From a virus (lineage: Duplodnaviria; Caudoviricetes), in the IMG/VR virus record IMGVR_UViG_3300037507_000754, positions 1,367 through 65,366 of that record: a stretch of DNA of 64,000 nt. One strand, 5' to 3'. A program made the position numbers and the translations under genes. A model generated the notes under the pieces. It was given only the letters and a program-made list of their open reading frames with translations. It was not told the origin of the DNA and did no database searches. Shown here in pieces: positions 1 through 6,754 of this stretch. Each line of letters starts with the position of its first letter. Within the stretch, counting starts at the first letter, position 1.

Positions 1-647
1 GCACCCGTCTTGCCTGCGATCAGCGCCCCTTGGCGCAGCGCGTTGTCGACAGCCTTGGCCACCTCCTCGGCCTCGGCCTGAGTCAGGGGTGCGGGTCCGT
101 CACCCTCGCCGTCACCCTCGCCGTCCCCATCGCCCGCCGCAGGCTGGTGCTGGTCGAACTGTTGACCCTTGGGGCCGTTGTCCCCCTTGCCCCCGCCGCC
201 TTGCGGCTTGGACTGGGCCTGTTGTTTGAGCCGCTTGTACACCTCACCGGTGTCGAGCCCATCGTACTGCGGGTCACAGTACGCGTTCTCCCAGATGGTG
301 ATGAACTGCCCGCCCGGGTCCATCGCCTTGAGCATGTTGTTGATCACCATATCCTTGGCAATGTTGGACAGTTGCGCGTCGTCCTTGTCGAGCTTGGCCC
401 ACGTCGTCATGTGCATGAGCATCACGTGGAAGTATTCATGCAAGACGACGAAGCGCAAGAGCCTGTCGTCGCACTGGTTGACGAAGGCTCGGCCGTAAAA
501 GACATCACGCCCGTTGGTTGCCGCAGTGGGTATGTCGTCTACCACTTGCCACGAACCGACCATCAGGATCGGTGAGATGGCGGTGAAGCGCTCGTCGCGC
601 ATGATCTTGCTACGGGCTTTGGTGATGCGCTCTTCTGCTGTCAGCAT
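1..647 (-). CDS. DUF2201-like zincin metallopeptidase (usually with a C-terminal VWA domain), truncated by the window edge
   Basis: Not in the ORF track because it has no stop in the window. ATG at 647 with AAGGAG upstream; translates MLTAEERITKARSKIMRD...PTAATNGRDVFYG...VVLHEYFHVMLMH...NIAKDMVIN, containing HExxH and the TAATxG motif. Confidence 0.75.
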   Translation of the reverse strand, partial: MLTAEERITKARSKIMRDERFTAISPILMVGSWQVVDDIPTAATNGRDVFYGRAFVNQCDDRLLRFVVLHEYFHVMLMHMTTWAKLDKDDAQLSNIAKDMVINNMLKAMDPGGQFITIWENAYCDPQYDGLDTGEVYKRLKQQAQSKPQGGGGKGDNGPKGQQFDQHQPAAGDGDGEGDGEGDGPAPLTQAEAEEVAKAVDNALRQGALIAGKTG

Positions 648-649
648 GG

Positions 650-982
650 TTAGACTCCTTCGTTGTAGATGCTCTGCAACTCAAGCCAGCGCTCGATGAG
701 CGCCATGTGTTCACCGGACACGGTCCAGTCGTTCGGATACCCTCCGTGCAGGCACAGCGACATGCCGGGGTGCTTGCGGCTCAGCAGTGTGGTGATGAAG
801 TAGCGGTTGACGAACTGGCCCAAGGGGCCGAACGTGGCGATGTCCTGCTCGGCGTCGTGGAATTCCACGAGGGGCTCGTCCCGCTCGTGGAGCTGCCCCC
901 CATCCAGGCCGTAGTGCTCGCCCTTGAAGACGATACGCACGGTCCAGGGGCCGATGCGTGCGGTGGTGAGTTGGGTGTTCAT
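650..982 (-). CDS. hypothetical early protein
   Basis: 110-aa ORF with AAGGAG RBS, abutting the next gene. Confidence 0.7.
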   Translation of the reverse strand: MNTQLTTARIGPWTVRIVFKGEHYGLDGGQLHERDEPLVEFHDAEQDIATFGPLGQFVNRYFITTLLSRKHPGMSLCLHGGYPNDWTVSGEHMALIERWLELQSIYNEGV

Positions 983-1023
983 GTGGTTCTCCTTCAGAGC
1001 CCCCGTGAGGGGGCGGGTTGATG

Positions 1024-1542
1024 TCAGAGGTCGATGCTGATGCTCGCGCTGCGCAGCATCTTCCGAACGAGTCGTTCGATGTTGTCCTCGTCGCCGTGCG
1101 TGCTGTCCTCCTCGTGCTTCTCGATGGCCGTTTCGATCAGGGAGTTGATGTCGTCCTCGTCGAAGTGGTTGGCCTGCTCCATGTGGTTGTCGATGGCCTC
1201 GGCGATCAAGAACGTAACCGCACCCTTGTCGAAGTGGTACACGTTATCCTCGTGGCCCTCGATCTTCTCCAACCGCTCCTTGATGTTGTGCAGCTCATCG
1301 ACGGCGATGTCGCTGTTGTTGGTGATGTACCGGGACACCTTCTCCCAGAACCACTCCTGCGAGTTGAGGGCCTCGACCATCCTGACTTCGTCCACGGGAA
1401 CCGTGACCTCGGTGGTGCGCTCGAAGAGCGCAGCCTCGGCCAGCTTGGTCTCCAGCGCAGCGATGCGCTCGATCAGGGGCTTGGTTGCCTCGGCCACGGC
1501 GGCAGCGATGGCGGTGTTGATGGCGGTGTTGATGTCAAACAT
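1024..1542 (-). CDS. hypothetical acidic coiled-coil protein
   Basis: 172-aa ORF with AGGAG RBS, flanked by intergenic hairpins. Confidence 0.7.
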   Translation of the reverse strand: MFDINTAINTAIAAAVAEATKPLIERIAALETKLAEAALFERTTEVTVPVDEVRMVEALNSQEWFWEKVSRYITNNSDIAVDELHNIKERLEKIEGHEDNVYHFDKGAVTFLIAEAIDNHMEQANHFDEDDINSLIETAIEKHEEDSTHGDEDNIERLVRKMLRSASISIDL

Positions 1543-1586
1543 GTCAGTTCTCCTAGAGTTGTGGGGGCCATAGCCCCCGGTTGATG

Positions 1587-2633
1587 TCAGCCCATGATCC
1601 AGTTGTTAGCCATACACCAGTTGGTGAATGACTTGTTGAGTGCAGCGAACTTGGCACGCTGCGGGATACGCAGGAACTGGTTGACGAACACTGCTTGCAG
1701 CTCCATCGGCAAGCGCTTCATGTACACCATCACCGCGTCGAGCGTGTCCTCTGTGGTGCGAGTGATCGCACGGTGCACCAGCATCATGCACATCGTCGGC
1801 GTGTCGGGCACCGGGGCTTGGAGCGGGCTCGTCACGATGGCCTTCCATGAGGGCAGCTTGTTGCCCATCTGCACGAACACATGCAGGTCAGCGGCGGAGC
1901 GAGCGCCGATCAGGCCAGCGAGCAGGCCCCGCATGGTGTCGTCGTCGAGGTGCTCGGCGTCGTTGAGCACGCGACCGGCAGCGGTCATGCTGCGCGGAGA
2001 GCAGAAGGCCTTGCGGCTCGGGTCCTTGCGGTGCCAGATGTAGGGGTTCTGGTCCGGGTTGGCCACGGTGTCGTCGTCGGCCAAGGTCTGCGGCGTCTCC
2101 TGCACCCACGCCAGCACGGCAGGGTTGCCGTCGTTTGCCAGCGAGTAGTTGACGTACTCCTCGACGGTGGGCTTGCGCATCGCGATCACCGACATGCGGT
2201 TGCGGACGTGGAGCTGGAGCGTGTCACCCACACCCTCGGAGCTGAGGTTGGTGGTTGCGAACACCACCGAGCCAGCGGGCAGCGGGCGGGTACCGACACG
2301 GCGATCCAGCACGACAGGGAGGAGGGCATTCTGAACTGACCTCGGAGCCTTGCCAAACTCATCCAGGCAGATGACGACGGGCTGCTCGCCGTGCACACCG
2401 AACACCTCGTTGGGGTAGAAGGTGCTGGTCCCCATGGCGTGGTTGACCGACGGGATCTGGATGTCACCCACGTCGATCTGCGTGCAGTCGATGTAGACCT
2501 TGCGGTGCGTCGGCAGGTTGAGCATGCCGAGGATCGAAGACTTGCCCGAGCCCGATGGGCCCTCGATCAGGACGGTGGTGTGCTGACCGACCGCGTTGAT
2601 AGCGGCGGCGCATTGGTTGATGCTGAGTTTCAT
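1587..2633 (-). CDS. MoxR/AAA_5-like AAA+ ATPase
   Basis: Walker A GPSGSGKS, Walker B ICLDEF, VQNALL, sensor ATTN, RNR arginine finger, SPRS motif. Confidence 0.85.
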   Translation of the reverse strand: MKLSINQCAAAINAVGQHTTVLIEGPSGSGKSSILGMLNLPTHRKVYIDCTQIDVGDIQIPSVNHAMGTSTFYPNEVFGVHGEQPVVICLDEFGKAPRSVQNALLPVVLDRRVGTRPLPAGSVVFATTNLSSEGVGDTLQLHVRNRMSVIAMRKPTVEEYVNYSLANDGNPAVLAWVQETPQTLADDDTVANPDQNPYIWHRKDPSRKAFCSPRSMTAAGRVLNDAEHLDDDTMRGLLAGLIGARSAADLHVFVQMGNKLPSWKAIVTSPLQAPVPDTPTMCMMLVHRAITRTTEDTLDAVMVYMKRLPMELQAVFVNQFLRIPQRAKFAALNKSFTNWCMANNWIMG

Positions 2634-2650
2634 GATGTTCCTTCGTTTGG

Positions 2651-2770
2651 TTAAAAAGTCTTAGCCTGTTTGCCGTAGCGGTAGCCGTGGCCGTCGCCGT
2701 AGCCGTAGCCGTCGCCGTAGCCGTCGCCGTGCATAGCGGCTTCAGCCATGTACCAGAAGCCGTGGTTCAC
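2651..2770 (-). CDS. 39-aa Gly-X repeat peptide, short copy (MNHGFWYMAEAAMHGDGYGDGYGYGDGHGYRYGKQAKTF)
   Basis: Manual translation; GTG start overlaps the upstream TGA; paralogue of 3049..3300. Confidence 0.55.
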   Translation of the reverse strand: MNHGFWYMAEAAMHGDGYGDGYGYGDGHGYRYGKQAKTF

Positions 2771-3030
2771 ATGTAAGTCCTCCACGCATCAGCGTTGCAA
2801 GCGATGAAGTGGCAGAGGCGATTGACGGGCACCAGCACGGTGGGGCACTTGTCCAGTACCGTATCCTTCAGCGGCCCTTCGATGGCGAGTTGTCCGAAGC
2901 CTTTCGTCGTGCCCGCTTTGCGGACATTGTGGCATGAAGTGATGGCGTAATACTCACCGTCGCGGATGATGTTGCCGACATACACGAAGCCATTGTCAAC
3001 AATAGCGAGTTGGAATCCGAGGTTTTGCAT
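2767..3030 (-). CDS. small phage protein, DUF6948-like (a type often found next to GDGYG repeats)
   Basis: IVDNGFVYVG...VRKAGTTKGFGQLAIEGP...LD pattern. Confidence 0.55.
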   Translation of the reverse strand: MQNLGFQLAIVDNGFVYVGNIIRDGEYYAITSCHNVRKAGTTKGFGQLAIEGPLKDTVLDKCPTVLVPVNRLCHFIACNADAWRTYM

Positions 3031-3048
3031 TTGGTGTCTTTCGTTTGG

Positions 3049-3300
3049 TTAAAAAGTCTCAGCCTGTTCGCCGTAGCCGTAGCCGTGGCCGTGGCCGTAG
3101 CCGTAGCCGTAGCCGTAGCCGTGGCCGTCGCCGTCGCCGTGGCCGTTGCCGTCGCCGTCGCCGTAGCCGTAGCCGTAGCCGTCGCCGTGGCTGTAGCCGT
3201 TGCCGTCGCCGTCGCCGTTGCCGTAGCCGTAGCCGTTGCCGTCGCCGTCGCCGTCGCCGTGCATAGCGGCTTCAGCCATGTACCAGAAGCCGTGGTTCAC
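3049..3300 (-). CDS. 83-aa Gly-X (X = D/Y/N/H) repeat peptide, long copy
   Basis: ORF built on a GGC-NAC hexamer microsatellite; AGGAG RBS. Confidence 0.6.
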   Translation of the reverse strand: MNHGFWYMAEAAMHGDGDGDGNGYGYGNGDGDGNGYSHGDGYGYGYGDGDGNGHGDGDGHGYGYGYGYGHGHGYGYGEQAETF

Positions 3301-3361
3301 ATAGACTCTCCTGTGTTAAACACGTTTATCAATAAAGCCCCCGAAGGGGCGGGGTTGGAGT

Positions 3362-4297
3362 TCAAAGAGCAAACTTGTCGAGGATGTCGTCCATCGCCTG
3401 CTTCGTGGCACGCTGGAGTTCAGGGCTCTCCTTCAGCGAGTCCATGTCGACGCGGGTCAGCGCCCGCTCCAGATCACGCCGCGCTTCCTCAAGGCGCGGG
3501 TCGTTGGTGACGTTGAGATCACTCAACATCTTGCACAGCTCAAGGCCCTGCTCCAACATGCTGTCGTAGAGCTTCGGGCGGCGACGCTTTTTAATCTCCA
3601 CCGACACCACCGTGCCGGTGTCGTCGGTCGTGGGGACCTCCTCGATCTCGTCAGGGTTGTAAGACAGCACCGCCTCCATCCGCTCACGGACCCAAGACAC
3701 TTGGTCTCGCACCCTGTTCCACGTGTCCTGCACCGCACCAGCCACACGCTCTGCCGTGGCACGCTCGTACTGCTCAGCGAGTACCCGCTGAGCTTCGTGG
3801 CCGATGTCGACCCGGAAGTCGCCCGACGAAGGCAGTGGGCTGAGGGATAGCCCGAAGCGGAACTTCGCCGCCACCTCGTCGGCCAGCGGGTACTCGCTGC
3901 GGTCGAAGAGCGAGCCCATCTCGAAGGCCTGCTTGCTGATGGCTGTGCTGTAGGTGGACACGAAGGCCCGCACCAACCCGTCGAACTTGGACTCGTACTC
4001 CGCCGCCTTGCCCACGACGTCGAGGTACTGCCTCGTGGTGATCAGCCTGTTTCCGTTGTCATCCCACGGCAAGGTGTGGGAGTTGAACCAGACACGGGCC
4101 TCGCTGCGCAAGGCCTTGATCGCCTCCAGTTCAGGGCACTCGCTGAACAGGTTCTTGCTGACGGACGCGGCCTTCTTGGACTTGGCACCCTTGTTGGCGA
4201 GCACCTCGTCCTTGGTGCGCTTGTCTTGAATGCGTGCTTCCCACACGCTGATGTTCAGGGAGCCGAGCATGGCGGCGGTGGTGATGTCGATCTTCAT
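3362..4297 (-). CDS. DUF3150-like protein
   Basis: AMLGSLNISVWEAR...SKNLF...HTLPW...GNRLI...EYP...KFRF pattern; sits beside the AAA+/VWA pair. Confidence 0.55.
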   Translation of the reverse strand: MKIDITTAAMLGSLNISVWEARIQDKRTKDEVLANKGAKSKKAASVSKNLFSECPELEAIKALRSEARVWFNSHTLPWDDNGNRLITTRQYLDVVGKAAEYESKFDGLVRAFVSTYSTAISKQAFEMGSLFDRSEYPLADEVAAKFRFGLSLSPLPSSGDFRVDIGHEAQRVLAEQYERATAERVAGAVQDTWNRVRDQVSWVRERMEAVLSYNPDEIEEVPTTDDTGTVVSVEIKKRRRPKLYDSMLEQGLELCKMLSDLNVTNDPRLEEARRDLERALTRVDMDSLKESPELQRATKQAMDDILDKFAL

Positions 4298-4300
4298 GAC

Positions 4301-4495
4301 TTACTCCTTGACTTTCAGTTGATCACGCACCCACAGGGCCAGCAGCCGTGCGTCGGCAGTGGCAGCGTTGACGTGGATGAGTTCTTCGGGACGGTTTGCG
4401 AGCGGCTCCGTGTAGGTGTCTACCGTGCGCATGACATCGGCAAGCAAGCTGTCGATGTGACGCAGTGCGTCATGTATGTTCTTCGGTGATTGCAT
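4301..4495 (-). CDS. hypothetical protein
   Basis: 64-aa ORF with GGAG RBS. Confidence 0.6.
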   Translation of the reverse strand: MQSPKNIHDALRHIDSLLADVMRTVDTYTEPLANRPEELIHVNAATADARLLALWVRDQLKVKE

Positions 4496-4532
4496 TTCAC
4501 TCTCCGGTGATGCCCCCGAAGGGGCGGGGTTG

Positions 4533-4763
4533 TCAGTTGAACGTGATGAAACACACGAGGCATTCCCCGTGCGGGCGGAGTTCGATCATGTCGCCATGAT
4601 CGACGGTGACGGTGCGCTTGCCCGTCCAACCTACGGCGTGCTTGGCACGCCTGACGATGCTGTACCTGCTCAAGGCGTCAGGGGCTTCGAGCGTGGCACG
4701 CCTGCACCAACCGTAGTTGGGCTCATGTCCGAACGTGTCGGTGACTTCGATGTTGATGATCAC
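4533..4763 (-). CDS. hypothetical protein (MIINIEVTDTFGHEPNYGW...)
   Basis: GTG start overlaps the upstream stop; GGAGG RBS. Confidence 0.65.
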   Translation of the reverse strand: MIINIEVTDTFGHEPNYGWCRRATLEAPDALSRYSIVRRAKHAVGWTGKRTVTVDHGDMIELRPHGECLVCFITFN

Positions 4764-5146
4764 TTGAGTTCCTCCGGGATGTCGATGATGCCGCCGAGCT
4801 TGCTTGCCACATAGCAGCGCATAGCCGCTACCAGGGGCGTGGGGCCCGAATGCTGGCGATTGTGTTTGAATCTTTGTGCCTGATCTTTGGCCATGCCGGA
4901 GTTGTCTGCCCACCACATAGCGGTCCAATGGTCGATGTGCCATGTCACGTCGATCCGCTCCCGCTCGATGATCGGCCCACCTTGGGACCAGTCGGTGGAT
5001 GGTTTCCATTCTGGGATCGGCGCTTCCTCCAGCCACAAGGGCTGGTCGTCGTCGTAATAACAAGAGGCCACAGAGTCTGGCCCCTCACACTTCGCCACCG
5101 CCCAATCGAGGGCGGGGCCGATAAGGTCTGATGTCTTGATCTTCAT
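4760..5146 (-). CDS. DUF2591/NinX-like phage protein
   Basis: LIGPALDWAVAKCEG...PSTDWSQGGPIIERERI...GPTPLVAAMRCYVASKLG. Confidence 0.8.
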   Translation of the reverse strand: MKIKTSDLIGPALDWAVAKCEGPDSVASCYYDDDQPLWLEEAPIPEWKPSTDWSQGGPIIERERIDVTWHIDHWTAMWWADNSGMAKDQAQRFKHNRQHSGPTPLVAAMRCYVASKLGGIIDIPEELK

Positions 5147-5159
5147 GGTGTCCTTTCGT

Positions 5160-5378
5160 TTACCGGTAAATACCGCCCTTGTTGTTGATGCCCTTCGCCG
5201 CTTCGCGTGCGAAGTCCGAGGTGAAGAACATAGGCCCTTGTTTGTGGGGCGTGAGCACCGTCCAGCTCTTGCGCTCGGCCTTGGCCTCATCCTCCCCGCA
5301 CCATAGGCACAGGCGGTAGCCGAGGGCGGTACGCCGGGGGTCGATGTCGTCCCCGCACCGGGGGCATGTGTTTGTCAT
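5160..5378 (-). CDS. DksA/TraR-type C4 zinc-finger protein
   Basis: CPRCGDDIDPRR...LCLWC. Confidence 0.6.
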   Translation of the reverse strand: MTNTCPRCGDDIDPRRTALGYRLCLWCGEDEAKAERKSWTVLTPHKQGPMFFTSDFAREAAKGINNKGGIYR

Positions 5379-5379
5379 G

Positions 5380-5580
5380 TCAGTCCTTCGCGCCCTTGCG
5401 GGCGGGGTTTAAGTTGTCCGGTGCCACGGGGATGTCCCCCGTGCGCTTGCAGTACTCGACGCACTCGTCGTGCGATGCGTGGCGCATCACCGACAGGTGT
5501 CCGGTCGGGTTGTAGCTCGACCACTGCGTGGGGTGGCTGAGCTTGGGAAGCCCCGCCTTGAGTTGGTGCCATGATGGCAT
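5380..5580 (-). CDS. hypothetical protein
   Basis: 66-aa ORF tightly packed between its neighbours. Confidence 0.6.
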   Translation of the reverse strand: MPSWHQLKAGLPKLSHPTQWSSYNPTGHLSVMRHASHDECVEYCKRTGDIPVAPDNLNPARKGAKD

Positions 5581-5581
5581 G

Positions 5582-5881
5582 TCACACCTCGTAGTCGCCC
5601 AAGCAGGCGACGCGCATCACCGGGCCCATGAACACCACCGTGGTGGCGTAGATATCCCCCGCGTTGCAGCACCACACCGGCAGATGCCGCCGCTTGTGGT
5701 GTCCGAGGAACTCCACGCCGCTGGTGCGGAGCACCCCGTCTATGCGCTGCCTTGCGATGGGGCGGTTACCCACCGTGTGCCAGATGTGGCGGATCTTGAT
5801 AGCGTCCTCTTCCGTCACGTCCTTGATAGACATGAGGTTCTGCACCGACGGGGCGATGCGGGTCGGGATTCTGTTAGCCAT
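5582..5881 (-). CDS. hypothetical protein
   Basis: ATG at 5881 with AGGAG RBS. Confidence 0.65.
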   Translation of the reverse strand: MANRIPTRIAPSVQNLMSIKDVTEEDAIKIRHIWHTVGNRPIARQRIDGVLRTSGVEFLGHHKRRHLPVWCCNAGDIYATTVVFMGPVMRVACLGDYEV

Positions 5882-5929
5882 TGTCACTCCTATATTTACC
5901 AATAAACACATGCCCGAGGGGGCACCGGG

Positions 5930-6250
5930 TCAGGCGAAATACCGTCCGACGATGACTTGATCTTCGTCAGCGACGAAGCGGAACAGCACGCCGCTGAAGA
6001 ACGTCTCCGACACGATGCCGTCCCACCCGCCCGCGGCGAGCTTGAACAGGGGTCCCGGAGGCAGGCGGGACTGCTCCAACACCTGCGTGTCATACACGTC
6101 GTACCAGTGGCCCTTGTACTGCACGAACCGGGGGCAGTACCTCTCGTCCTCGTTGACGTAGTCGAAGTCAGCCCGGACGTTGTCCGGTAGCTCTGCGAGG
6201 CACGCCATCTGGCGCTGGTGATTGTTAGTGATGATGTTCACGTTACTCAC
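5930..6250 (-). CDS. hypothetical protein, first gene of the early operon
   Basis: GTG start with AGGAG RBS; 106 aa. Confidence 0.7.
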   Translation of the reverse strand: MSNVNIITNNHQRQMACLAELPDNVRADFDYVNEDERYCPRFVQYKGHWYDVYDTQVLEQSRLPPGPLFKLAAGGWDGIVSETFFSGVLFRFVADEDQVIVGRYFA

Positions 6251-6254
6251 TCCT

Positions 6255-6670
6255 ATACTGGGTTTGATGCACGGGGGCCGAAGCCACCGCGTCGCAGCAC
6301 ATGCTGCCTAGATCGCTCGTTGCACCGGCTCCGCCTCTAGGCGTTGCACCGGCTCCGCCTCTAGGCGTTGCACGCTGGGCGTGCACCCACCGGACGATTT
6401 GCGCGAAGCGATCTAGGCAGGGGGCGAGTGATTTCCACCCCCTGCGAGACCTGCCGTTTAAGGTCGGCAACCCGCCACGTGGGATTTACGTGGGCCTTCC
6501 GATGCACGTTGCCGTGCATCACCTCCACAGGATTCTTACCTGTCAGAGATCGCAGGGATCAACCACCCGCCCGGGTGAAAGATAGATATGCACCTCCTTC
6601 GGTGCGTTGGGCATGTGTTGATGTACTAGCGGCGTAAGCCGCCGCCCGATGTATAACATCGAGCGCAGAG
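6255..6670 (-). ncRNA. candidate large structured leader or ncRNA
   Basis: No credible ORF; about ten inverted repeats, including a perfect 14-bp stem (6304-6317/6407-6420) and a multibranch junction closed by 6440-6447/6550-6557. Confidence 0.6.
6318..6373. repeat. 24-bp tandem repeat, about 2.3 copies (cgttgcaccggctccgcctctagg)
   Basis: Exact duplication seen in the sequence. Confidence 0.95.
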
Positions 6671-6688
6671 ATAAATTGTTAAAGAGCG
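6671..6688 (-). promoter_or_regulatory. boxA antitermination element (CGCTCTTTAACAATTTAT)
   Basis: Matches the rRNA-operon boxA GCTCTTTAACAA plus its TTTAT extension; about 30 nt downstream of the predicted start site. Confidence 0.85.
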
Positions 6689-6725
6689 TGTCGTGTGTTT
6701 GAGCTGATCTCCCACCGACATATCT

Positions 6726-6754
6726 ATTATATATCAATCTCGTCCTTATGTCAA
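6726..6754 (-). promoter_or_regulatory. consensus sigma70 early promoter
   Basis: TTGACA (6754-6749), 17-nt spacer, TATAAT (6731-6726). Confidence 0.92.

Larger units (their letters stand above)
2643..3302. repeat. direct repeat pair (2643-2772 and 3040-3302) containing a variable-copy hexamer microsatellite
   Basis: Both copies share tcgtttggttaaaaagtct..agcctgtt and gccgtcgccgtgcatagcggcttcagccatgtaccagaagccgtggttcacat. Confidence 0.95.

Noticed and set aside
3010-3510. Plus-strand (VA)n and Arg-rich ORFs
   Set aside because: They are alternative frames of the hexamer microsatellite; the minus-strand Gly-X frame has the RBS and operon context.
6318-6373. CRISPR mini-array (the unit contains GTTGCACCGGC, similar to some repeats)
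   Set aside because: The units are head-to-tail with no spacers, there is no GAAAC-type end, and the only Cas-like gene is a generic Cas4-like phage nuclease.
6440-6557. tRNA gene in the multibranch structure
   Set aside because: Too long, four internal arms, and no T-loop/D-loop consensus or CCA in register.
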